This document shows positions 29,618-38,413 of a stretch of DNA of 59,147 nt, one piece after another. The stretch is taken from assembly GCA_017640265.1 (NCBI GenBank), contig JAGFVZ010000001.1:1-59147 (forward strand), in the 5' to 3' direction. Position 1 is the first letter of the stretch. Every line of letters starts with the position of its first letter. The notes under the pieces were generated by a model. That model saw only the letters and a list, made by a program, of their open reading frames with translations. It was not told the DNA's origin and did not search any database. The position numbers and the translations under genes are program-made. This stretch comes from Pelagibacteraceae bacterium. Lineage in GTDB: Bacteria; Pseudomonadota; Alphaproteobacteria; Pelagibacterales; Pelagibacteraceae.

Positions 29618-30618
29618 TATTTATTAAGATTTACTATATATCTACCTGATGTTTCGCCTTTTAGCATTTTTGGAAAAATATTTAATAGTTCATCCAAACC
29701 AATCTCTTTAATTGATTTGTTTAATTTTTCAAAATCAATTAGGTTTGCTGCCTCATTCCAAATAAACTGTCTTCTTTTTGTAGAAGCATTGACGGAATTT
29801 ATACCCCAAAGTTTAACTCCTCTTATTATAAATGGCATTACAGTAGTATCTAATTTTATATTTGCTGCTAAACCACATGCTGCTACAATTCCATTATCTT
29901 TGGTTTGAGCAAGAACATTTGCGAGTATTTTTCCTCCAACAGTATCAACTGCTCCATCCCACAATCCTTTTTCTAATGGTCTTGAATCTTTATCTAAATC
30001 TTTAGTATTTATAATATTTTTTGCGCCTATTGATTTTAAGTATTCACTATTATCAGTTGTTCTTGTAACTGCGGTTACATTGTATCCAAACTTATTTAAT
30101 ATCATTACAGCAATACTACCTACGCCACCTGATGCGCCAGTAACAATTACATCTTTTACTTTCTCTCCTAATAATAATTCTTCTCTAGCCTTAATAGCAA
30201 AAGAACACTGTAAAGCTGTAAATCCAGCAGTACCTAATATCATCGATTGTTTTGTTGTTAGAGAATTTGGTTTTTTAACTAAAAAGTCTGCATTAACTTT
30301 TGCATACTGAGAATATCCGCCGTAAAATATTTCTCCAACCCTCCAACCAGTTGAAATAATTTCATCACCAGATTTGAAATTGTTATTTTCACTTTCTACT
30401 ACAGTGCCTGAAAAATCAATTCCTGGTATATGAGGAAATTTTTTTACTAATTTTCCACCATTGTTTAAAATTAGCGCATCTTTATAATTTAAACCCGAAT
30501 AATCAACTTTTACTAAAACATTGCCATCTTTAAGTGCGCTCGTATCAAGCTCCTTAACTTCGCGAGTAAAGTTTTCACTTTCATTGTTTATAACAATAGC
30601 TTTAAATTTTTTTATCAT
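29617..30618 (-). CDS. acuI: YhdH/AcuI-type NADPH-dependent acrylyl-CoA (quinone-oxidoreductase-like) reductase
   Basis: Near-colinear resemblance to E. coli YhdH: SGLNYKDAL, FPHIPGIDFSGTV, GTAGFTA, VTGASGGVGS, VAACGLA and GRYIVNL. Confidence 0.8.
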   Translation of the reverse strand: MIKKFKAIVINNESENFTREVKELDTSALKDGNVLVKVDYSGLNYKDALILNNGGKLVKKFPHIPGIDFSGTVVESENNNFKSGDEIISTGWRVGEIFYGGYSQYAKVNADFLVKKPNSLTTKQSMILGTAGFTALQCSFAIKAREELLLGEKVKDVIVTGASGGVGSIAVMILNKFGYNVTAVTRTTDNSEYLKSIGAKNIINTKDLDKDSRPLEKGLWDGAVDTVGGKILANVLAQTKDNGIVAACGLAANIKLDTTVMPFIIRGVKLWGINSVNASTKRRQFIWNEAANLIDFEKLNKSIKEIGLDELLNIFPKMLKGETSGRYIVNLNK

Positions 30619-30633
30619 GAATCAAAATTAGTT

Positions 30634-31245
30634 TTAATCGGCGATATATCTTAAAAATCTATTTTGATAGCTTAGATCGTCTTTGAATTTTCCTAGGAAA
30701 TAGTTTGTTACAGTGGTTGCCTTTTCTTTTTTTACTCCTCTCGTTGACATGCATTGGTGTGAGGCGTCAATAGTGACCGCCACCCCATATGCATCAAGCC
30801 CTTTCATTAAAGCATTGGCTATCTGCATTGTAAGTCGCTCTTGAGTTTGAAGTCTTTTTGAAAAAATTTCGACTGTTCTTGCTAGTTTGCTTAAACCCAC
30901 TATCCTTTTCTTGGGCAAATAAGCAACATGAGCAAAGCCAACTATTGGTGCCATGTGATGTTCACAATGACTTGAAATAGATATATTTTTTTCTAACACC
31001 ATATCGTCATAACCTTGGACATCGCCAAAAGTTTTGCTTAATTCTGACTTGGCATCTTGATGGTATCCTTTAAAATATTCTTTGAATGCTTTTACAACTC
31101 TTTTAGGAGTTTCGATTAAACCTTCTCTACTTGGGTCTTCGCCAATCCATCTAATAATTGTTCTAAAAGCCTCTTCGGCTTCGTCGTCATTGACTTTAAC
31201 TTTACTGTTTTCTCTGACTTTTTCTAGGTTCTTGACAATTTTCAT
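30634..31245 (-). CDS. folE: GTP cyclohydrolase I
   Basis: Zinc-site motifs SHCEHHMAPI and SHQCMSTRGV. Confidence 0.93.
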   Translation of the reverse strand: MKIVKNLEKVRENSKVKVNDDEAEEAFRTIIRWIGEDPSREGLIETPKRVVKAFKEYFKGYHQDAKSELSKTFGDVQGYDDMVLEKNISISSHCEHHMAPIVGFAHVAYLPKKRIVGLSKLARTVEIFSKRLQTQERLTMQIANALMKGLDAYGVAVTIDASHQCMSTRGVKKEKATTVTNYFLGKFKDDLSYQNRFLRYIAD

Positions 31246-31322
31246 GATTTTATTTCTTTCATATATTACAAATTTTGTTAATGCAAATTGCTATTTTACT
31301 ACTTTTTTATTAATTTAATCAA

Positions 31323-31790
31323 ATGTTTAAAAAAAGAGAAAATGTCGCTGCTATAGAAGAAGGAAAATTATTGTCCCCCAAATTTGATAAAGATGGCTTG
31401 ATACCCGTTGTAACTACTGACTGTAAAACAGGAGAAGTATTGATGCATAGTTACATGAACGCTGAAGCGTTGAAAAAAACTATCGAAAGCAAAGAAGCTT
31501 ACTATTGGAGTAGATCAAGAAAGTCTGTTTGGCACAAAGGTGAGGTTAGTGGTTTTATACAAAAAGTTATTGAAATTAGAATCGATGATGATCAGGATTC
31601 TATTTGGATGAGTGTGGATATTGGAAATGGTGCTAGCTGTCACGTGGGGTATAAATCATGTTTTTATAGGTCTATGCCACTAGGAAAAGTTGAGAACTTT
31701 GAAAAAGTGGAAATGGAATTTAAAGAAAAAAAGAAAAGATTTGATCCTAATATAGTTTATAAAAATAAAACTAATCCAACTAAGATTTGA
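31323..31790 (+). CDS. hisI: Phosphoribosyl-AMP cyclohydrolase
   Basis: LIPVVTTD.., YWSRSR..LWHKGE-type segment (SVWHKGEVSG) and CHVGYKSCFY. Confidence 0.88.
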   Translation: MFKKRENVAAIEEGKLLSPKFDKDGLIPVVTTDCKTGEVLMHSYMNAEALKKTIESKEAYYWSRSRKSVWHKGEVSGFIQKVIEIRIDDDQDSIWMSVDIGNGASCHVGYKSCFYRSMPLGKVENFEKVEMEFKEKKKRFDPNIVYKNKTNPTKI

Positions 31791-31796
31791 ATTATT

Positions 31797-31940
31797 ATGT
31801 TACAAAATGAAGATAAAGACCTAAATGAAATTTGCGAAGAGTGTAAAAAAGAAGATGAAAGTGTAACTCAAAATCTTATTGTACATGGATATAAAATTTG
31901 TGACAGCTGCAAACTATCAAAAACTATTTTTCCTATCTAA
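31797..31940 (+). CDS. Candidate 47-aa zinc-ribbon-like micro-protein (hypothetical)
   Basis: MLQNEDKDLNEICEECKKEDESVTQNLIVHGYKICDSCKLSKTIFPI has two CxxC pairs, CEEC and CDSC. It starts 7 nt after the hisI stop and is below the ORF-track cutoff. Confidence 0.4.
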   Translation: MLQNEDKDLNEICEECKKEDESVTQNLIVHGYKICDSCKLSKTIFPI

Positions 31941-32448
31941 AAATAAGCAAAATTAAAAGTAATAAAAAAGCTTGAACAAGCCAACTTACTATTACTACAC
32001 CTAAAGCTCTCCATAAACTTTTATAATCAAGTGCCTGCTTAACGGCCACTACCATACAAGCAAGCATCCAAAGTGCTGATCCAACAAAAGTCACGGTCAT
32101 TAATTCAGGAGTAAAAGCAAAAACTCTAATTAATCCTGGAGCGCTCGAAAAACCAATCGTCCTTAATAATTCTCCATGATCACTTTTTGTTTCTTTGTCA
32201 GGAAATAATTTTGTGCCAACTATATAAATGATGAAGGCCCAAAAATACCAACTTGCTAGAGATAACAAGGGGCCCAAAAGAAAATTTGAAGCACCTAGAT
32301 GTATTGCACCAACTCCAGCGGCTAAACTTGACAAAACAACTACTCCGGCAGCTTGAATGGTAGCTGATTTATCGTGCTCAACTTCTTCATATAAATCTGG
32401 ATCTATCTTAATGGCTCGAAAAATTCTGTTTATAAAAATTAAAACCAT
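31933..32448 (-). CDS. Yip1-like integral membrane protein
   Basis: 171 aa with 5 hydrophobic segments after a short acidic N-terminus. The family call is tentative. Confidence 0.5.
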   Translation of the reverse strand: MVLIFINRIFRAIKIDPDLYEEVEHDKSATIQAAGVVVLSSLAAGVGAIHLGASNFLLGPLLSLASWYFWAFIIYIVGTKLFPDKETKSDHGELLRTIGFSSAPGLIRVFAFTPELMTVTFVGSALWMLACMVVAVKQALDYKSLWRALGVVIVSWLVQAFLLLLILLIFR

Positions 32449-32611
32449 ATATATCTTTTCGTAAAACTGTTGAGTTTTTTTGGTAAATTTTCAAGAAGTT
32501 TAAATGACTCTTTAAATTCCATAGGTGTATATAAACTAATTAAAGGAAAAATATATATGAAAATACCAAAAAATTTGGAGCTAATTGTATCAGGGATGTC
32601 TGTGGCAATGG

Positions 32612-33715
32612 TTATAATACGTAGGGTTCTGGTCTTTTTTTATTTTCCAATACACGCTCTATAGCAAAACAATTTAAATCGATTGACTGGTAAGAGCCTG
32701 TGGTAATTAACTCAGTTAAAGCTCTACCAATTCCGGGAGCCTGCATTAGGCCTCTTCCGGTGAAGCCTGAAGCTATATATAAATTTTCATACTTGGGATG
32801 TTTTCCTACAACGGCATTATTATCTAATCTATTGCAATCATAATATCCTGCCCAACCGCCTGTTAATTTTAATTTTTCAAAAATTGGTATTCTTTTTGCA
32901 AGCGCTGGCCAAACTAATTCTTCAAAATCATTCCATTCTGGTTCTAAATCTTTAGCATTAAACTTTGAATTTGGTGAGCCTGCTAAATACTCTTTACCTT
33001 CTGGTCTCCAATAAACTCCAGTAGTAAAGTCAGATGTAAGAGGCATTTCAGGTATGTGTTTGGGGCAGCTAACTCTAAAAACAGTATGTTTTTGTGGAAC
33101 CACTGGTATATCGTTTAACAATTCATTCGTACAATAGCCTACAGCAGAAATAATAATTTTTGCTTTTATCTCTGATATGCTTTTTATTTCTCCTTTCACA
33201 AATTCAGCACCTAATTCAATTGCTTTGTTTTTGATTGCGCCATGAAACATATGTGGATCGATCCAACCTTCTATCTTGCTGTCTGTATAGGTTACGGTTT
33301 CTATCCCTTCGTCATTAATATAGGGGAATATTTTTGTTAACTCTTTCCCTTTAATATTTTTTGTTCCTGCCTCACATGCTTGATGATTTTTCAAAGCTTT
33401 GTATTGTTCTTCTGCATCTTTAGGTCCAAATAAAAACAAATATCCATTTGGAACTACACTGACGGTAGGATTGGGATTCTTTTCTGTCTTTAATAATTGA
33501 GGAATTTGAGAAATAAACTCTTTGGCAAATTTTCCTAATAAAATATTTTCTTTTTGAAAAAATTGCCTTCTAAAACCGCCAAGAGATAAAGGAAATGATG
33601 CTTTTTTGTAAGTTGGATCTCTTTCTATAACTTTAACTTTTCTACCTTCTTTGGACAAAAAATAAGCTGTGGCCGCCCCTATTATTCCACCACCAATTAT
33701 AACTATATCGTCCAT
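32612..33715 (-). CDS. FAD-dependent oxidoreductase (DAO/D-amino-acid or glycine/sarcosine oxidase-like), last gene of the gcv operon
   Basis: Rossmann motif MDDIVIIGGGIIGAATAYFL..V.VIERD. The ATG at 33715 lies 7 nt after the gcvP stop. The ORF track extends to 33751, which overlaps gcvP. Confidence 0.8.
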   Translation of the reverse strand: MDDIVIIGGGIIGAATAYFLSKEGRKVKVIERDPTYKKASFPLSLGGFRRQFFQKENILLGKFAKEFISQIPQLLKTEKNPNPTVSVVPNGYLFLFGPKDAEEQYKALKNHQACEAGTKNIKGKELTKIFPYINDEGIETVTYTDSKIEGWIDPHMFHGAIKNKAIELGAEFVKGEIKSISEIKAKIIISAVGYCTNELLNDIPVVPQKHTVFRVSCPKHIPEMPLTSDFTTGVYWRPEGKEYLAGSPNSKFNAKDLEPEWNDFEELVWPALAKRIPIFEKLKLTGGWAGYYDCNRLDNNAVVGKHPKYENLYIASGFTGRGLMQAPGIGRALTELITTGSYQSIDLNCFAIERVLENKKRPEPYVL

Positions 33716-33722
33716 AACTAAT

Positions 33723-36593
33723 TCAAGCGGCTGTTTCTTTTTTATATTCATCTATCGACGGACAAGAGCAGAAAAGATTTTTATCGCCATAGACGTTATC
33801 TACCCTGGCAACAGGTGGCCAGTACTTATAAGATTTTAAAGTTGCAGAAGGATAAGCTGCTGTTTCTCTATCGTACTTATGTTTCCATTCGTTAGCCGTA
33901 AGCTCGACATGAGTGTGTGGAGCATTTTTTAACGGATTATCATTTTTATCAAATTCTCCGCTTTTAACTTTATCAATTTCTTCTTTTATTTTGATTAATG
34001 TTTCACAAAAACGATCAATTTCAGATAAACTTTCACTTTCGGTAGGTTCAATCATAATTGTTCCTGGAACTGGCCAAGACATTGTTGGTGCATGAAAACC
34101 AAAATCAATTAATCTCTTTGCAATATCTTCTTCGGTAATTCCTGTCTCTGTTTTAATAGGGCGAATATCAATAATACATTCGTGGGCAACATTTCCATTC
34201 TTGCCCGTATAAAGAACAGAAAAATGTTTTTTTAATTTCTTTGAAATATAATTCGCATTTAATATTGCCACTTGAGAAACTTTCTTTAAACCTTCAGCTC
34301 CCATCATCTTTATATACATCCAAGAAATTACCAAAATACTTGCACTTCCCCAGGGTGCTGCAGAAACTGCCCCGATACCAGTTGTTGGTCCGCAGTCTTT
34401 GATCACTTCGTGTTTTGGAAGAAAAGGATCTAAATGCTTTTTGCATGCAATGGGTCCCATTCCTGGTCCTCCCCCGCCATGTGGAACACAAAATGTTTTA
34501 TGTAAATTGATATGACATACATCCGGACCAAATTTACCTGGTTTTGCAATTCCAACTAACGCATTAAGATTAGCTCCGTCCATATAAACTTGACCTCCAT
34601 TATCGTGAACAATGTTGCAAATTTCTTTTATTTTTTCTTCAAAAACACCATGGGTTGATGGATACGTAACCATTAGAGCTGATAAATTTTTTGAATACTG
34701 TTTTGCTTTAGATTTTAATTCTTCAATATCAATATTTCCATTTTTATCACAACCAACAACCACTATCTTCATACCGGCCATTTGAGCACTTGCCGGATTT
34801 GTTCCGTGAGCTGAACTCGGAATTAAACAAACGTTTCTATCTTTATCTCCGTTTTCTAAATGATATTTTCTAATTATCATCAATCCCGCATACTCACCTT
34901 GTGCTCCAGCATTTGGTTGTAAAGAAACACCTGAAAAACCAGTAATCTCTCTCAACCAATTTTTTAAATCTGTAAATAAGTTTCTATATCCTTCCATTTG
35001 TTCTAAAGGAGCAAACGGATGGGGTTCGTAAAATCCTCCCCAAGTAACCGGGATCATTTCCGATACTGCATTTAATTTCATGGTGCATGAACCCAGCGAG
35101 ATCATTGATCTGTTTAAAGCGATGTCCGAATCTTCTAATTTTTTTAAATAACGAGTCATTTCTGTTTCTGAATGATAAGAGTTAAAAACAGGATGTGTAA
35201 GATATTTTGATGATCTTTCTAATTTTTTTGGAATGTTGCTTAATATGATTTTTCCTGTTTCATTGATTGATTCAGAGCTATTAAAAATTTTTAAGAGGTT
35301 ATTAGTTTTTTCAACTGATTTTCTTTCATCAAAAGCAATGGACAACATATTGTCATCGACCATTCTTATGTTTGCTCCATTGTTTAGTGCGTTTTTAAAA
35401 ATATTTTTTGTTTTATTTTTTGTAAGGATAGTAACGGTGTCAAAAAAATTATCAGAATAAAGTTCGTAACCCGATTTTTTAATTTTATCAGCAAAGCTTT
35501 TTGTTAATTTAGAAATTCTTTCTGCTATTTTATTAATACCATCGGGTCCATGATAAATCGCATATGCAGCTGAAATAATTGCAAGTAAAGCTTGTGCGGT
35601 GCAAATATTGCTAGTTGCTTTTTCTCTCCTTATATGTTGCTCACGAGTTTGTAATGCCATACGCAAAGCTTTTTTTCCTAAACGGTCAACAGAAACTCCA
35701 ATGATCCTTCCTGGCATTGCTCTTTTATATTCATCTTTTGTTGCAAAGAACGCAGCGTGAGGGCCTCCATATCCCATTGGAATTCCAAATCTTTGTGAAC
35801 TACCAACGGCAATATCAGCTCCGAGTTCTGCGGGTGTTTTAAGTTTTGCTAAAGCCAAGAGATCACAAACTAAAATTGCTTTCCCTTTTTTTTTATGAAT
35901 TACGCTAATTGCTTCACTAGGATCTCTAATATCTCCTAGCGTTCCAGGATACGCAAGAATTCCACATATAATATCACCTTTTATGTCTTTTAAATCTTTT
36001 TCTTGATCTCCTATTATTAATTTTAAACCAAACACTTCGGTTCTTGTTTTAATTACATCGATAGTTTGAGGATTACAATCACTTGAAACAAAAACTTTAT
36101 TTAAATTATTTTTATCTAATCTTCTGCTTAATCCGATAGCTTCTGCTGTCGCCGTAGCCTCGTCTAGCAAAGATGCGTTTGCTATATCCATACCAGTAAA
36201 ATCCAAAATCATTTGTTGGAAATTCAACAACATTTCTAATCTTCCTTGAGCTACTTCGGGTTGATACGGTGTATAAGCAGTATACCAACCAGGATTGCAA
36301 TAAATGTTTCTCAGAATAACATTGGGCATATAAGTGTTGGAATAGCCCATTCCTATGTAATTTGTGTACACTTTATTTTTTTCAGAAATAGTTTTTAATT
36401 GCTTTAAAGATTCGTGTTCAGAAGTTGGATGGCCAATTTTAAGTTCATCTTTTAATAAAATGTTGTCTGGAACAGTTTTTTTTATTAGATCATCTAAAGA
36501 ATCTGCTCCCACCACTTTCAGCATTTTTTTGATCTCTTCTTCTGAGGGACCTATATGTCTTCCAATAAATTCTTTTGACGTATTATCAATCAT
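33723..36593 (-). CDS. gcvP: Glycine dehydrogenase (decarboxylating), single-chain P-protein
   Basis: About 956 aa. The PLP-Lys region is NLHKTFCVPHGGGGPG. The ATG at 36593 lies 1 nt after the gcvH stop. Confidence 0.95.
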   Translation of the reverse strand: MIDNTSKEFIGRHIGPSEEEIKKMLKVVGADSLDDLIKKTVPDNILLKDELKIGHPTSEHESLKQLKTISEKNKVYTNYIGMGYSNTYMPNVILRNIYCNPGWYTAYTPYQPEVAQGRLEMLLNFQQMILDFTGMDIANASLLDEATATAEAIGLSRRLDKNNLNKVFVSSDCNPQTIDVIKTRTEVFGLKLIIGDQEKDLKDIKGDIICGILAYPGTLGDIRDPSEAISVIHKKKGKAILVCDLLALAKLKTPAELGADIAVGSSQRFGIPMGYGGPHAAFFATKDEYKRAMPGRIIGVSVDRLGKKALRMALQTREQHIRREKATSNICTAQALLAIISAAYAIYHGPDGINKIAERISKLTKSFADKIKKSGYELYSDNFFDTVTILTKNKTKNIFKNALNNGANIRMVDDNMLSIAFDERKSVEKTNNLLKIFNSSESINETGKIILSNIPKKLERSSKYLTHPVFNSYHSETEMTRYLKKLEDSDIALNRSMISLGSCTMKLNAVSEMIPVTWGGFYEPHPFAPLEQMEGYRNLFTDLKNWLREITGFSGVSLQPNAGAQGEYAGLMIIRKYHLENGDKDRNVCLIPSSAHGTNPASAQMAGMKIVVVGCDKNGNIDIEELKSKAKQYSKNLSALMVTYPSTHGVFEEKIKEICNIVHDNGGQVYMDGANLNALVGIAKPGKFGPDVCHINLHKTFCVPHGGGGPGMGPIACKKHLDPFLPKHEVIKDCGPTTGIGAVSAAPWGSASILVISWMYIKMMGAEGLKKVSQVAILNANYISKKLKKHFSVLYTGKNGNVAHECIIDIRPIKTETGITEEDIAKRLIDFGFHAPTMSWPVPGTIMIEPTESESLSEIDRFCETLIKIKEEIDKVKSGEFDKNDNPLKNAPHTHVELTANEWKHKYDRETAAYPSATLKSYKYWPPVARVDNVYGDKNLFCSCPSIDEYKKETAA

Positions 36594-36594
36594 A

Positions 36595-36975
36595 TTAATT
36601 TGGATTCTCAGTAACAAATTTATCGTAATCAGCTTTGCTCATAAGCGAATCTAAATCTGATTTATTTTTAATTTTCATTTTAAAAAACCAAGCGCCTCCT
36701 TCGGGATCTTTGTTAACTTCTGAGGGATTATCGACTATAGATTGGTTGCCTTCTGTAATCTCGCCTGAAATAGGAGTGTAAATATCACTGGCTGCTTTTG
36801 TAGATTCAACCACTCCTGCATGACCATCTTTTTCAACATTCTTTCCTTTTTCTGGCAACTCAACAAAGACAATATCGCCGAGCATTTCTGTTGCGTATTT
36901 TGTAATACCAATAGTGGCTATCTCGCCATCTGCTATTAACCATTCGTGTTTTTTAGAAAATTTTTTTTCACTCAT
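36595..36975 (-). CDS. gcvH: Glycine cleavage system H protein
   Basis: 126 aa. The lipoyl-lysine motif is VESTKAASD. Confidence 0.93.
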   Translation of the reverse strand: MSEKKFSKKHEWLIADGEIATIGITKYATEMLGDIVFVELPEKGKNVEKDGHAGVVESTKAASDIYTPISGEITEGNQSIVDNPSEVNKDPEGGAWFFKMKIKNKSDLDSLMSKADYDKFVTENPN

Positions 36976-36987
36976 ACGCCCTCCTTT

Positions 36988-38082
36988 TTATTTAACATAA
37001 CTTTTTTTATAAAACGGCAGTTCCGAAACTGCTGCATCGTGTTTTTTTCCTCTAACTCCTAAGAGGATCTTGTTATTAATCTTAGAAAATTCGCTTTTAA
37101 CATAACCCATTGCAACAGAGCTGTTAACGCTTGGCCCAAAAGTCCCGCTAGTAATAACTCCTATCTCTTCACCATTTGATGAAAATATTTTAGTCCCTTC
37201 CCTAGCTATGATTCGTCCTAACGGTTTTATACCAACTCGAATTTTAGATGCGCCATTCTTCAAATCTTCTCTTATATTTTCCCAACCATTAAATCCTCCT
37301 TCTTCTCTTCTCCTTTTTGAAATGGCCCATTTTAAATTTGCTTGGATGGGATTGATATTTTCATTAAGGTCGTGTCCATATAAGCAAAGTCCGGCTTCTA
37401 ATCTTAAAGTGTCTCTGGCTCCAAGGCCGATTGGCTTAACTCCTTTTTCCACTAAAAGTTTTGTGAAACTTTCTGCTTTTGAATTTGGAATTGAAACTTC
37501 AAACCCATCTTCACCTGTATATCCTGAACGGGTTATATAAATTTTTTTATTTTCAAATTGAAAATGATTTCCATTCATAAATTTAAGTCTATTTACGCCA
37601 CAAACAATTGATTCTAGAATTGATTCTGATTTTGGTCCTTGAATAGCAATAAGTGAAAGATCGTTCTTTAAATTATATTTATGCTCTGACTTTAAACATT
37701 TTACTATTTCTTTGATATCGTTCCCCTTGCAGGCGGCATTCAAAATAATATTAAATCCGTTTTCTGTTCTAGTGATAATAAGATCATCAATAACACCGCC
37801 CTTATTATTTATTAAAAAGGAATATTTTGATTGATTTAATTTAATTTCTTTCAAATCCAAAGGAATAATTTTCTCTAAACTGTCTTCCAATGTTTTGTCT
37901 CCAGATAAAAATAATTGCCCCATGTGCGAAACATCAAAAAAACCGGCAGATTCTCTTGTGCTAATATGTTCTTTGACAATGCCATCCTTATATTGAATTG
38001 GCATTTCATAACCTGCAAAAGGAACAAACTTCGCTCCTAAATTTTTGTGAAAATTATATAAAATTGTTTTTTGTGTTTGCAT
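36988..38082 (-). CDS. gcvT: Glycine cleavage system aminomethyltransferase T
   Basis: 364 aa. Motifs are FAGYEMPIQY, FDVSHMG and RDTLRLEAGLCLYGHDL. Confidence 0.94.
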   Translation of the reverse strand: MQTQKTILYNFHKNLGAKFVPFAGYEMPIQYKDGIVKEHISTRESAGFFDVSHMGQLFLSGDKTLEDSLEKIIPLDLKEIKLNQSKYSFLINNKGGVIDDLIITRTENGFNIILNAACKGNDIKEIVKCLKSEHKYNLKNDLSLIAIQGPKSESILESIVCGVNRLKFMNGNHFQFENKKIYITRSGYTGEDGFEVSIPNSKAESFTKLLVEKGVKPIGLGARDTLRLEAGLCLYGHDLNENINPIQANLKWAISKRRREEGGFNGWENIREDLKNGASKIRVGIKPLGRIIAREGTKIFSSNGEEIGVITSGTFGPSVNSSVAMGYVKSEFSKINNKILLGVRGKKHDAAVSELPFYKKSYVK

Positions 38083-38096
38083 AATAACTCTTCATT

Positions 38097-38242
38097 GTCC
38101 CCCTCTGTCGGATTACCTGAGAGATTTACCCCTTCGGTGAGGCTAACGCCTGCTTTCCAGAGTTATTACGGTAACGGTCCTTTTGCCTGAGAGTTTCCGG
38201 GGAGGTTGCTCCTTCGGCGCCAAAATGGTCTCTCCCGTTACG
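38097..38242 (-). promoter_or_regulatory. Tandem glycine riboswitch (two aptamers) in the gcvT leader
   Basis: The minus strand reads CGGGAGAGACC..GGCGCCGAAGGAGCAACCUCCCCGGAAACUCUCAGGCAAAAGGACCG, then CUCUGGAAAGCAGGCG..CUCACCGAAGGGGUAAAUCUCUCAGGUAAUCCGACAGAGGGGGAC. It ends about 15 nt before the gcvT ATG. Confidence 0.9.
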
Positions 38243-38413
38243 CTATCTTTCTAACACACCGGAAGCATATCATAATCCTTTAAGCTGTAGCAACAATTTA
38301 GTATGCCCAAGTGTGATCAAAAAAATTCCGTAAAAATGGACTATTTGATGCAAAGTTAATAAATGACTTTATAAACAAATTAAATAAAGAGCTATCAAGA
38401 TAGAATTTTAATT

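Noticed and set aside
32470-32664. A 64-aa plus-strand ORF in the Yip1-like/FAD-oxidoreductase spacer.
   Set aside because: It uses a non-ATG start, runs antisense into the 3' end of the oxidoreductase gene and has no motif. The 160-nt spacer is more plausibly the promoter region of the Yip1-like gene.
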